A stretch of 54,387 nucleotides of DNA, the filler included, from Sphacelaria rigidula (Eukaryota): NCBI GenBank assembly GCA_964200075.2. It is 5 parts of 5 records of this genome, joined end to end, with 100 filler letters (N's around TTAATTAATTAA, not from the genome) between each part and the next. Parts side by side here need not be neighbours in the genome. Positions count along the whole stretch, not along the records: positions 1 to 10,799 come from CAXNAA020005890.1; positions 10,900 to 21,698 come from CAXNAA020005891.1; 3 more parts are not named here. One strand, 5' to 3'. The position numbers and the translations under genes were made by a program. Below are positions 1 through 12,269 of the stretch, piece after piece. Position 1 is the first letter of the stretch. Each line of letters starts with the position of its first letter. Below the pieces are notes generated by a model that saw only the letters and a list, made by a program, of their open reading frames with translations, searched no databases and was not told the DNA's origin.

Positions 1-29
1 TCACGTTCTAACGCTTTCCACGGTGAAAA

Positions 30-120
30 TCATACATGACGAAGAAAAAACTCAACGCATCGGGAATCGAACCCCCGTTCTCTCCACCCTAATGGCGACA
101 GTCAGACTATTACAGGGGCG
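30..120 (-). mobile_element. tRNA-derived SINE head (degenerate)
   Basis: The minus strand reads ...GGGGGTTCGATTCCCGATGCG, a Pol III B-box / T-arm-like motif. No full cloverleaf can be built. Confidence 0.35.
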
Positions 121-2537
121 CGGCGGCATGCATTTATATCTCTCGCGAGATCCAAAAGAATCGAGAAAGTCATCATTTGGGCTGTTTGAAAAAACACACC
201 GCTTATCGGGGAACAAGACTCCGTGCAGAGGAGGAGCATGCCATGCAAGCATGTGACACGCAACCATAGGAAAGACGCAGATCCCGTAAATAATTAGACC
301 CTGACAAGGTTTCTGATGGCATGTCTCGATAGGATGGGGAGTAACCCTATCCTCGCTGCCACGGATACTTCTAAGGGCGAACACTCTATGTCGATCAAGT
401 TGCGTACAACCCTTGGGGGTCATTCGTATTCGGAATGCGGAATGTTTTCCGTCGGGGGTGTTATTCACCCGGCCCTGCCAATTACACCAGATGCCGGTTT
501 GAAAAATAGCAAAGACAACAATGTATAAAAAAAGCAGATGAACATCACTTTCAGCGTTAACAATGATAGCTGACTCACCTTCTCAACTTACGCGTGTAAC
601 CGGGTACACAATATTTGGGAGTTACCCGGCAATCATGATAGTGTAAAATCAGACGATAACCAGATGGTGTGATGTGTGTTCATGAAGTTTATGATGAAGG
701 GCGACTCGGGTGTGCTATTGTGGGAGTGGTACACCGACGATACGCACCGTCAACTTTCGGTACTGTTTGTACGGCTTCCCGGCCGTAAGCCGTAACTCTT
801 TTCCCGGTGTCACGAGGGTGCGCAAACGCACGGTACGCCATGGATACAATGACATTCTATTCATATTGCACTCACACATCGGGGCGTCACGTGCAAACTA
901 CAGGCGAATGGGAACGCGGACGGTCCGAGGCACCTTCCGGGGAACTTTCGCATTCGGCCGCACAGCTTCTTCTCATCGTGCGATAACGGAGCACGTCATC
1001 CTCTAACCGCCCAATCCGCCTCTGCGATATCTTACTCCACCGCCAAAACCCGTGTCGCCGCCCGCAAACGGAGACTGCCGTTCTTCGTCTCTTGCTCTCG
1101 TCCACATTGTTTTGCACAACCTCCTGTTGGTTACCCTGTGCTCGATGTGTACCGTGTGCTACTTCTATTTACGCCTTCCCCGTCAGGCCTTCTGGCATCC
1201 CACATTTTCGGCTGCCGCCGCCGCCGGTTGTGCAGTACCTGCGCCAGGCCCAGCCGGAAGATAGCCCGCATTATCCTCGGGCTGTGCAGTACCTTGTCGA
1301 CGGCCAATCGGGGTGTTTCCTACCTTGCTGTTGGGTTGCACAATACCTCGGCTAGATACAGACGGAATGCTACCTGCCTTACCCTTTGAGGCGGCAGTAT
1401 CAGATGAGACCAGCCGGGAAATTTGACGCTACCGCGCCGGATGCCGGCCGATATTCTGGCTATGTAACTTCCTGGGCATCCATTTTCGGCGGCCTCCTCT
1501 CCGCTTCCAAGGGATCTCCTACGATGTAGTTACACTATGGGGCCATCCCCCCCGATCTCTGTGCCCATCCAACAAACGTCGCATGTGCCGATAGAAGATT
1601 TCTCGCCGCCGTGGAAAAAGTGGACTGCAGCGGTACGTCGTACAGCATGAGCATAAAATTGTTCTCATAAGGCTTCATCATATCATTTTTCGCCACGGTG
1701 CTGTGGCGAGAGACGCCGACGTCCGTAGAATCATCCAGCGGCACTCTTGCATTTACTTCATGACGCGATTTCTCGTATCACAGACGGTAAAATCGACGTT
1801 GCGAGAAACTGAATTACCTTTCCTATGTCCTCCACGTCATTTCTTGAAACGTCCGTCGGTACAGCGTCAGTGATTTCGTACTGACTCCGGCTGAGCTTGC
1901 CTGCGTTGTCACCGATAACTCACCGCTACTCCTTAGTGTACACGGTTATGTTCAACCGTATTGTCTCTGCGCTAGACAGACTTAGGGCTTTGCGTAACTC
2001 TCGGATTCACTTATACCTCAAATGAACAGCAACCGCCGCCAGTATGGGTGTGAACTTTATTACATCAAGAGAAGTTTGCGAGCTGGACGCGTTCAAATTT
2101 CTTGGCAAAAGATCTCTCGAGCCGGTGCCACAGCAGAATGCCGCCAAGCCGAGCTTTCTGCAAGTGCACATATTCCTCAGCGTGCCCGCGCCGCCTGCGC
2201 ATCTAAACCAGATGCTGTAGGCGAGCCTATTCTCGGCTGAAGCCGCAGTGGCGCCAACGAGAGATGCCTTGGCTACCGCGACACGCTGTCGTTGGAGACC
2301 GCGCGGAAACGCTTTGCCACGGGTTTACCACTGTATGACTGTTGTACAAGTGTACCATTATTTATCACATTATACTCACCGTCATCCACCGATGACCATT
2401 CCTCACCCGCATCATTGGTCGTTCTGGGGGCCCGGTCCCAAAAGGATTAAAGACCGTACCCACATTACCCAAAAATTGAGTGCAGTCAGTATTGAGGTAA
2501 TTCCTAAATGAGAACTCAATACCCGTGTATTTGCTGA

Positions 2538-2680
2538 GTGTGTGTTGTCGCCCCATCTATACTGGACGCCAGTCTACACCTTTCGGCATATGTGGGCGCA
2601 TCAGCCGGGTTCTCACAGGAGGAAGGTTAACGTAGTATTTGTTTTTTCGGCACTCCACCTTCATTCTGCGGTGCTTGCCT
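2538..2680 (-). mobile_element. Partial copy (3' body) of tRNA-derived SINE family A
   Basis: The reverse complement matches 2979-3135 (GGTGTAGACTGGCGTCCAG-ATAGATGG, CCCGGCT-ATGCGCCCACATA, AGGCAAG-ACCG-AGAA). Confidence 0.75.
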
Positions 2681-2771
2681 GAGTACCATCCGATTTTTGG
2701 GTCGAGTATTGAGTATTGAAATCATTCCCAGCTCTACCCAATTTCTGGGTCGAGTATTGAGATCGTACCCG

Positions 2772-3135
2772 AGTCGGTTGCCCCGGTGGCTCAGTTGGTA
2801 ATATCGAAACCTTCTGATGGTTGGGTCGTTGGTTCTAATCTCGGTGAAGTCGCACGATGTGGAATTTTTTCTCACGTCATGCCCAACGGTGGAAAGCGAC
2901 TATTTCGTGGGTACACAAATTCGACTTCACGATCGACGAGGGGAAGGGACCGCTGAACCCTTCTCGCGATAAAGAATAAGGCAAGTACCGTAGAAGAAAT
3001 GCGGAGTAATGAAAAAAAGACAAGAACAAATCCCGTGTTGGCCTTCTTACTGTGTGACCCCGGCTAATGCGCCCACATAAACCGCCGACAGGTGTAGACT
3101 GGCGTCCAGAATAGATGGAATGACGACACAACACA
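2772..3135 (+). mobile_element. tRNA-derived SINE family A
   Basis: A-box TGGCTCAGTTGG near 2787 and B-box GGTTCTAATCTC at 2831. The body is shared with the copies at 2538-2680 and 40370-40945. Confidence 0.75.
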
Positions 3136-3218
3136 ACATCCGAGCGACACTCTATAGCCGGCTATCGCTGAGAGTTCTAATCCAAATTTTTGCTAGAGTA
3201 TTGTTATCGTATCCAACT

Positions 3219-3220
3219 TT

Positions 3221-3257
<37 letters not shown>

Positions 3258-4090
3258 GGTCTTCACATTGAGAACCGTCTCGATCTCTGTGCAGAACTCT
3301 GTTCTGGGCATCTGATGCGGGCGCCTTCCGTGGTCACAGTCTAATTACCCCAAATAGGGTATAAGGAAAAAATTAAAAACAAAGTCGGGCCCAGAGAAAA
3401 TCATACCGATGTGATATTAAAAAGGAAAATAAAACAAGAAAAAAAAGAAAAAAAAGCTGTTAACCTCATTAGTTCCGGTGCCGTAGGTAACCATTCGGGC
3501 TACCGGAGGCGGGGCCCAATGGTCCACTCAACACGCGAAGACAAACAGAGACAGAGCTGAACTCCGGAACAAAGATCACCAACCATTGCGATAGGAATCA
3601 CAGGGTTCTATCCTCGTACCTCCAGAGGGACAGCCATGTGTACGAATATATCAGGTATAACAAGAAAAGCACTACATGACATCACGCCACCTCGAGGAGG
3701 GATACATGGAAGGCAGCAATTAGTAGGAGAAAGGAAGACATGGGGAAGTGACAAGGAGTCCTGCCACCTCCCCCTCTCCTCATGTTCATTTTGATACAAG
3801 ATGGCGGCACGTTCTTCCATCTTCCTGCTCTCCTCGAAGATCCCGCCTAATCGCACGTATTCGGCTGGCCTCCTCGTGATAAACCTCTCCGCTCCCTGCA
3901 GCACCCCAGCGTGCCACTGTATCCCCCTTCCTCTTCGCTGCTGAGGGTCAGGGGGCACTTTCAACTCCGAGCGTCTGTCGATTCTCGTCCGTAGAGCCAT
4001 TCGTGGCTTCGAAAGCCTGAAGATCGTCCCTCAGACCCTTCAGCCAGTTTCGGTCCGGGCTCCTTGGTCCTGGATCCTCCCCCCCCCATG
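3219..4090 (-). mobile_element. 5'-truncated LINE (RTE-like) 3' end with (CAA)n tail
   Basis: Frameshifted minus-strand peptides RNWLKGLRDDLQAFEATNGSTDE and GIQWHAGVLQGAERFI resemble LINE ORF2 C-termini. (TTG)n at 3221-3256 reads as a (CAA)n tail on the minus strand. Confidence 0.6.
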
Positions 4091-7000
4091 AATGTTCGGA
4101 ATGCCAGTCGCTTCGGTGGTCGTCCCTCCGGTTGTCTAGCCAGGGCTCCCGCGAACAGCAGTCGCTATTGCCAGACGATGGCTTCAACACATCCAATTCT
4201 ACCCCCCAAATGGGTGGAGTACTCAGATTATATACAATCTCTACCTGAAAATTGAGTAGAGTAATTGGGGCCGTACCAAACTCTGCCCATTTTTTTACTA
4301 AGGTCATACCCAACTCTATCCAAATTTTTGGGTCAAGTGCTTTAAGTTCGCACTCAATCCACCCAAAACTTGGGTACAGTAGATACCCGGGTATTGCTAG
4401 GTTTGCTCACCCATAAGTTGGGTAGAGTTTCGAGACCTCACCAAACTCTATCAAATGTTCGGGTACAGTATATTCGAGTAAAGTATCGAGACCATGCGCA
4501 AATTACCCAAAAATTGGGTAAAATGAATACGTCGGTATTGCCGAGGGGCGTTCGAAATGTACTGTGTAGACGGGCAGGGTGCTGGGGAGCATACGGAACC
4601 TATCGAAATATCGCTAGTTAAAGTGTCGTGTATAGTACATACCCGGGTATAATACCCGGGTATTGGGACATTCAACTTGATGTATGACGCGTTTCAGTCA
4701 GTTCCAGTGGAAGCACACACCAGGGAGCGCTGCAAAACCACCGACCAAGGGCCAAATCAAAAACCGATAGAAAAAGACCAGGGTACATGGGTTTCCGTGT
4801 TAGCCTAGTTTCTCGCAATTCATCCCTAGTCGGGTACAAAGCGGACTATTTTCTCGGTCATTTTCATCGAAAATTCTTCACGAGCTCTCACCCTTCTGGT
4901 CATAGTTCGAGAACCGTGATGCCGTCCTAAGCAAAACCACATTTGTCTGAACGGCAGTTGGTATTCGCAATACATGACCTGCGCGAGGTGAGCTCCGTTC
5001 TCTCTGCACATTGGTTAGGGTTAGGTTGGGTTTAGTAAATTCGCTCGTCCACAGGCTGTGATTGGCTACGCTCGCTTCGACATTGCCCGGCTACCACGGA
5101 CATCAAAATGCCACCCGTCACTGTGTCGCTGTTATCACGCCGCGAAGCACGGTTGTATTGCGTTAAGATGCGTGTCCGATCTGGCCGGAGCGGACCTGAA
5201 AGCGGCACAGAACAAACAGCACAGGACAGCAACAACTTTGCATCGTAACTTCGGTGAAATCGTCGGGAGGGGAGGGGTTTCATTCGCTTGTGTTTGAAGA
5301 TTGCCGGCTGGAAATATCGCTGTATCAGAATTGCTCCTATCGTCTTTGCACCTCCATGACTTTTGTGGTGCTCGTCCATCGTCACTTGGAACTCGACAAC
5401 TTTAGGGAACACGCCAAATTAGAAACGTTCTGGTCCGTGAATCTTGATCAGTCTTGCGGCTAGCACCAGCACACGGGCCGTGTTTTGTTCCTTTTCATCG
5501 TGCCACCAGGATTCACCCCCACAAAAAGTCGCCGATCTAGCAGCAACTTTGATACTAGCGCCTGTACTGACCCGGATCCCAGGTCACGGGGATGAATTCA
5601 AGGTATAAGCTCACCCTCGTGGCACTCACAAAAGCAAAAATGAACACTAAGGCAAAACCAACACCACCCCTGCTGCCTGTGTACCCGCTTTACCAGTCAA
5701 CAGCTTGACAGCTACTTCTGGCTTTGCAGGTACACTGCAAGAGAGAGCTATCACAGACTATTGCCCACTGCACGCTCTGTGTTTGAACGAGTTACTAGAA
5801 ACGACGTATCGCACCGCCATCGTTCATCGGAACAGTGTAAAAGTACCGTTCGTTGTGGGAATGCCGCACTTGTCTACAATACCATATTGAACGAAAAACG
5901 CACTGATTGCTGAACGCTATGATATTTCCGTCAAGGGAAATAGTCTACATGTAGGAGCATGTGGGGAGGAGTGGAGGAGCCAGTTTGTTTCTTGTATGTA
6001 CGGGGGAAGCGTTCGCGTGATCGCTCGCTGCCTCCCCGTCTTCATGCGGGCCTTCCGTTACACTGTACCTGACTCCTTCCCATCTGCTGCCTGATGTCTA
6101 GGTAACTGGACTTGGGAGAGGGCACGCAAGGTGCTCGTCGGCTTGGGTGACCTCAGTGTTACTGCGCCGTTGTCAGTTATCCTCAATCATGGCGGCTGGT
6201 CGTGGCCTTTCCGATTGCAGCCCCCTCCTTCCTCTCACTCAAGCTCTTGTACCGTCCATCACCGTCGCTTCTCAGTTGACATCATTCCGCCATCGCTCTC
6301 TCAGCCAACTAGCAAAAAGTGACTCCTTGCAGCACACTTTTGCGGTTCTCGCCTTGTTTTATATCGCGATTGTCGGGTTCAGCGCAGCGCGGCTTGTCAA
6401 CAAGCGCCCATCACGTCGCTTCGTCGCGTGCACCTTCCCACTCACTTATCTTCGGTTTGTGCTCTCTCCCCTTCACAGATATGGATTGCTTGGTGTGTGT
6501 CCCCGAGGTACAGTTGCCTAAAGTATAATCAATGGAGTACAGTTGAGTTATACACCCCACGTCAGTGTGCTACATATGCTCGGAGGCTCGATCGCCGCTG
6601 GCTGTAGCGTACTTTACGATTATTATCGCCAGGGGAATAGGGGGGTGTGGGGGGGAGGGGGGGGCAAACCTGAATCGCCAAACACCACCCCGACCACATT
6701 TATCGGCGTGTCATTGGTCGATCGGGTCTGAGGTAGCGAGAGGTTGCCGCTCAACCCACAGAGGAGTTGGTCCGGGCGCCGGAGATGAGACTCTGACTGC
6801 AGCGGTTCCATTTCGGACGTCTCCTTCCAGGAATTGAAAAAGGCGTGGATTTTACCCCTCACATCTACGTGGTTACTGGCTATGCTGCAGTTCGGGTTCC
6901 TGCAAGTCGCCGCGACCTCCGGACGAAGAACGTCCCCGGCTACAATGCGAACATGGCATCCCAAAGCTGCTCTGCTGAGGTCCGACATCTCTCTAGCTGT

Positions 7001-8104
7001 GAGTGTTGTGGGCCCGGTGGGCACTCGGCGAGCAACGGCAATCGAAGCCCTTGAGCTTTTTGGCGGGACACAGAGGTTGGCACAGTGTGTTACCTGATGA
7101 TCCGATCTAGCGCCCCTACTTCCGTGTCCCCAGTCGGGACTCTCCGCTGGTGTCCGGATGGAAGTGATTCCCTCTTCCGAAGTGGCAGAACGTGGCACGT
7201 GGTGAGGTGTGAGCGACGCCAACACGATTGATGCGCTCACTTCGTCATCGTATTGCTATACTAGAACCTCGAGACAATCTTTTGTTCCGACTGGGGTGAA
7301 GGGAGGCATATTATAGTGCGAACGTCTTCCGGAATGTGCGATAATATGTGCTCTCTTTTGGTGTTGGTGCGACCCTTTTTTCACACCTATCGATTACCTA
7401 TCGATTACCTTAACATGGTGTGCACTCCTTACCTCCTCACGCGGTATGTCTGCGTTGTCAGTGTCATGTTGCTGTAAGTTTGTTCCGCTACTGGGGCCAT
7501 GATTCCTCAACAGCCTGGCGAGCCCACGAGCCGAACGTGTGCCGCAAATTACACGCGGACATGTTATCTTACCACGTAGCCAACCTGAAATGCGTGGGCC
7601 GGGTCTAGTGTAGCCCTGTGGAGGGCAGCGACGACTTTGACCTTCACGGTTCAATGCAAAATGCTGTTTCTGGAGACTACGTATTTCTCCGCCGCACGAG
7701 CAATCACGTACGTACTCCCAGATGATATCTGTGTCAAGCTCTTGCTTCTTCCGCTGATTTTTTGCTGTACGTCAAAAGGCGGGTTGCTCATTGTCTGAAC
7801 GCTTTGCGTGCCACTTCCGCTGCTTCAGGAAAAACACTGGGATCGCAAGTTCGACGTTCTGCAAATTGTCCAGCAATAGAGATTCCCGTTCAATTGTTGT
7901 CCTTAATGTTTTGTCAGATGTGAAGTGATCGACTGCTCTACTGTGATTGACGTACTGTAGAGCGTGAACGAAGTTCTCTTCGAGGGGGTGTAACTTTGGC
8001 GTGGACTGGAGCTCTCCCGGATACAGGGTTGATGAGTCCTTCATCCTATGAGACACTTTGTTCCACATGTCCGACAGAGCATGACATTGATCATCTGTTC
8101 ACTT

Positions 8105-8378
8105 GAGAACAACTTCTCAAACGCTGTCGAATATTGCATTCGGTCAAGAACAATTTCCAAAAACGTTGCAAGGCATTGCATTTGGTTCAGAATCATTTGT
8201 AAGAACGTTGTCGGATATTGCATTCGGTTCAGAACCATTTGTGAGGACGTTGTGCCGGATGTTGTATTCGGTTTGGAGCAGTTGCCAAAACGTCGTCGAA
8301 CGTCTCGTCATTCAGAAAAACTCCCCAAAACGTTGTCGAATATGTCTCCGCTCAGGTCAACTTGCCCTAACGTTGCGG
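8105..8378. repeat. Degenerate ~42-bp tandem repeat block
   Basis: Units resemble GAACAATTTCCAAAAACGTTGTCGGATATTGCATTCGGTTCA, about 6-7 copies. Confidence 0.8.
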
Positions 8379-9499
8379 AACACTGCCATTCTGCCTTTTA
8401 TACTAGTAACAAGATTTTCATGAGATTGAGAGCTGGGTGCGGATTGAGAGTGGCTTTGATCATTCGCTTTAACTTCGCCAGTTTTTCATTCCGTGTGTGC
8501 TTTTCGTCGTCTGATCACTGCCATGTGCTTACAGCTACACGTTGACATCCTACTCAGGAGTATCGAGGGCCTCAGTGGCAAGCTACTACAGAATATTGGG
8601 CCTGGTGGAGGTGCATTTTGGAACTGAAACGGCTTATTCACTTATTGACCGCTTTTGACTCTCAATCGTACCTTCAACTCTCAATTTCTCGAAAACGTTG
8701 TTTAGTACATTATACGTACATGTATGGGGACAATGGAGTAAAACAATACACAAGACAAAACACATGTACATGAATCGAACAGACAAAACGGTCATTGTTT
8801 TTATTTGTCAAGGAGCTGTATCCTTTGTGGTGTATGGACAACAATGAGCCTATCGTGCGGGACCTCATCGTGCCTTGACCAGATCGTTTGGCGGTTTGAA
8901 GAAGTCGCTGGTGACTGTATAAATATTGGCCAACATTTCCTAACTTCAAGTATCGATCGAGACCATGACACAGGAGCGTATTTGCGCAAATATATTTAGA
9001 TTCTGCTGGCAGATATACCAGATGCTTTTGTGTATACGTGTGTACACAAGACGTTCGGCACAAATGAAAGTACCGTTTCTGAAAGCTGAAAGCTGAAAGC
9101 TGTGAATCAGACGAATGATATGTGAACGTTTTCATCGCATGATCTATTTTGTGAAGGCATGCTGGGGTCCCCTACGGTGAGCCATCATCTGTCATGACTA
9201 GAAACAATAAGCCGAAACGATGGGATAATACTACACAAGTAATAGCGCACATCCTCAGATTCGGCATGAATACGTTTGTTTGGGCACAAAATTGACGTTT
9301 CGCATGCAGATATCCAGACATCTGTGCGCGTATGGGTACGCGAAACGTGCTGTATCAATGTGGTTGTACACGTGTCGTACGTACCCTGATATTCGGCGCG
9401 AATACGTAGCAGTCGGCAAACCCTTCTCATGGGAGCATGAGCCCATGACAGCTCTGTCCTATTCCCACTACTTGCCGAAGAGAACAGAATGTGGACAGA

Positions 9500-9740
9500 G
9501 CACCTTCCCAGAACGTTGTCGAACATCTGTTCATTCAGGACAACTTCCCAACACGTCGTCGAATATCTGCTTTATATTGGAAAATAGAATCCAAAACGTT
9601 GTAAGATACTGCATTCGGTTCAGAACAGTTTCCGAGAACGCTGTCAGATATTTCAATCGGTTGAGAATTTCCCCCCTAATACTCTGTCAGGTCTTGCATT
9701 TTTGGTCTTGAACAATCTCTGAAAACGTTGTCAGAAAATC
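9500..9740. repeat. Second block of the same ~42-bp repeat, same orientation
   Basis: Shared motifs AACGTTGT...ATA(T/C)TGCATTCGGTTCAGAAC. Confidence 0.75.
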
Positions 9741-9921
9741 GATTCGTGTAAAAGCAAGGCGTGTTATAGAAAGATCTGAAACACGTAGAATTTGATCTGT
9801 CGCTATTTTCGACAGGACAGATCAAATTCTACGCGTTTCAGATCTTTCTATAACACGCCTTGCTTTTACACGGATCGAGTTTCTGACAACTTTTTCAGGA
9901 ATTGTTCAAGGCCAAAAATGC
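9696..9921. repeat. Long imperfect inverted repeat (foldback), ~106-bp arms, 14-nt loop
   Basis: 9696-9801 pairs with 9816-9921, e.g. GTGTAAAAGCAAGGCGTGTTATAGAAAGATCTGAAAC with GTTTCAGATCTTTCTATAACACGCCTTGCTTTTACAC. Confidence 0.9.
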
Positions 9922-10024
9922 GAAAAAAAAAGCCCTGCACCTTGCTCCCTAACCCTAACCCTCCTGTCGTATGTAAGTACGAGTTAAAAAGCCCTACACC
10001 TTGCTCCCTTTCTCCGTCCCGCAG

Positions 10025-10233
10025 TCGGCCAGCCTAAGTTCGCTATCGATACGCATGTGCCACCAAGACTACCCCCAGGGTTCGGGATTCGGCGTTTCTC
10101 CGAGCTGTCCTCCTGTCGAGACTACGTGCATTCCAAGTCCGGGACGTTAGTGGGCGTGGAGATTGGGGACTGTGCTCAGAACGTCGACGAGGAACCGTTC
10201 TCAGGGACGGTCGCCTTTATGCCAGGAAACGAG
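10025..10233 (+). CDS. Internal exon of a SpoU/TrmH-family (SPOUT) tRNA/rRNA methyltransferase
   Basis: Pyrimidine tract plus CAG acceptor ending at 10024 and GT donor at 10234. Translates (V)GQPKFAIDTHVPP...LVGVEIGDCAQNVDEEPFSGTVAFMPGNE, matching the GVEI...PF..AF..GNE(G) motif of SpoU proteins. Other exons were not found in this contig. Confidence 0.75.
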
Positions 10234-10799
10234 GTGCGAACTTTTCAGCGACAATGAGCGTGACTTTGTGAACATTGAATGCGCTTGCGAGTGGGTTATT
10301 TTGACGACCGCCTTGCTGAGATAGTCCACATGGAGTACGCCAACTCGGCGTGAACATGCCTTTGTTTTATTTCAGGAGGTGTTTCCCGAATATTTTCAAA
10401 TATCTATTAAAGTTTCAAACGGTTGCGAGGATGTCCGCATGTGCTTCTTGGAATAATACATTTCCAGAACAAGACCCCAGATAAGTTTCGCCCAAACAGT
10501 AATATAATCAGCATGTTCATTACTGATTATTCGTGTGTTTGCTGGATTGTGCAGCGTGTGTACTGTTCGTAGCGTACTTCGTATAGAGAAGGACATTTTT
10601 GGAGCGCATACAGTACACTGAAAAATACGCCCGGTGTTCCCCGCGACCGAAGCAACACGTCAGAGTTCCCTTCATCGTGTCCATCATGTGGGGGGGGCGT
10701 ACTCATTTGTTGCTTGCCTTAGTCGTGTGACCATGGCAAGCAACAAATGAGTACGCCCCCCCCACATGATGGACACGATGAAGGGAACTCTGACGTGTT

Positions 10800-10899
10800 N
10801 NNNNNNNNNNNNNNNNNNNNNNNNNNNNNNNNNNNNNNNNNNNTTAATTAATTAANNNNNNNNNNNNNNNNNNNNNNNNNNNNNNNNNNNNNNNNNNNN
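10800..10899. other. Artificial contig linker N44-TTAATTAATTAA-N44
   Basis: 100-bp gap with a six-frame stop spacer. Confidence 0.98.
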
Positions 10900-12269
10900 T
10901 CCCCCCCCCCTATCGTAGGATGATACTTCCACGAATACAATATCCATGACAAGCTCTGAAAATCGTTGTCCATAACCATTTCGCGAGGCCATTCGTGCCG
11001 AAGCAGTTGGTTGTCGCATAATCCGCTGGGTGCAAATCTAGGGTAGTTTTGCGGCATTTCGTGCCCAATAGTTGAAGGCGGCGGAGGTGTACATCGATCG
11101 TCTGCCTGTTAAAGGAATCGCAACTATGATGAGAACAACGCAGAATATCCGACTGAACTTGCCACAAGTGGACAAAACAGGAACGACTCGGTATCAGTCA
11201 CTAGAGCTGCTCTGTGTGGCAAACGCTCTCGACTTCGGTTTGTACCAGCCCTGCGTAGACTATTTGATCTCAGTATCGGCTGCCACAACCTCGATGTTCA
11301 CATGTTGGGGTTACCTTGAGCTGTCCTGTTTCAGCCCGCACATTAATATGGAACTCGGTTCTAGTGTGTGTGATCCTCAACTTCACGGCAGCCACAAGTA
11401 TGATATTCCCTCAGGCGCGTGGCGTACGGGCGGGCACGGATGTCGCATATCCTCAATCGTAGATGAGCTGCGCGAAACCGTCCAAATATTTTGCATGTGC
11501 GTCATGCTGCTACGCTGTACGTGGTCACCTCATGTCAGTATTGCCAAGCAGTTCGAAGCCTCGTGCCACGTACTGGGAATGTACCTTCTAGCTGCGCACT
11601 CCTGCCGCTATTAATAGGTACAAGTATCCAATCCTATATATCGGGAGGAAAACAATGGTGTCACGAACAGCGCATTGGTTGTTCTTTTCTCTATCCCACT
11701 CTTAAGTTCCCTTCCTCGGGATGAGTTCGCAGTCTCGAGGGAATATTTCATTTCTCCCCTGGTGCATGCACAGCATTTTGGTACCGCCGATGAGATCAGC
11801 ACTCCCGCATCTTGTCGACTGTCGTCAAATATTCTCGGATGCTGATTCCCTCACGCTTTCAAGGAGAGAATTCAGATACATATGAGAAAACGAACCCACC
11901 GGGATCCCAAGCCGAGAGCTTTTGCCCTAATCGACTCTGCATGAACCAGTTGCATCACTGAGACGCGGTGATACTGACATATGGCTACCAATGCATCTTT
12001 CTGCGAGGTGACCCGCCAGAACCAGTGACATAACCATGAAAAGATGCAGCTAGCAAATTCACGATGCTTCAGAAACAATTGCTGTAGACGATCCGCCACC
12101 ACACAAACAACCACGAGCATGGCTCAGCGGCCCCCGCGTCCCAAGCCACCGACCGAACACAGCTGACCTCTTTGGCCTCGAAACGAAACTACTGATGTAC
12201 ATTGCGAAGATCAGAACAAAGTCATGACCTACGCACCACAGATACGGTGAAACAAGGCTTTGTCTAACA

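Larger units (their letters stand above)
2460..4670. repeat. Older non-autonomous element built of palindromic ACCCAAAAATTGGGT-like units, interrupted by SINE and LINE insertions
   Basis: Degenerate copies of the unit lie near 2467, 2690, 2735, 3180, 4201, 4243, 4318, 4361, 4409, 4450 and 4505. ATACCCGGGTAT palindromes occur near 4383, 4639 and 4652. Confidence 0.55.

Noticed and set aside
2772..2850. tRNA genes at 2772, 27490-27579 and 40875-40945
   Set aside because: A and B boxes are present, but there is no complete cloverleaf and each is attached to a SINE body.
4201..4520. Spaced palindromic repeats superficially resembling a CRISPR array
   Set aside because: The repeats are short and degenerate, spacing is irregular, there are no cas genes, and the context is eukaryotic TE sequence.
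5012..5030. Telomere-like GGTTAGGGTTAGG (also near 9948, 38986 and 46762)
   Set aside because: Only 1-3 units, internal and embedded in repeats. These are not telomeres.
6543..7240. 205-aa minus-strand ORF and overlapping ORFs
   Set aside because: No recognisable motif or splice structure, so a coding call cannot be supported.
10654..10799. Perfect 65-bp inverted repeat with a 16-nt loop
   Set aside because: It has zero mismatches, copies both unique flank and a LINE end, and stops exactly at the contig end. It is most likely a fold-back read or assembly artefact.
10844..10855. TTAATTAATTAA motif recurring four times
   Set aside because: It is a synthetic six-frame stop linker inside N gaps.
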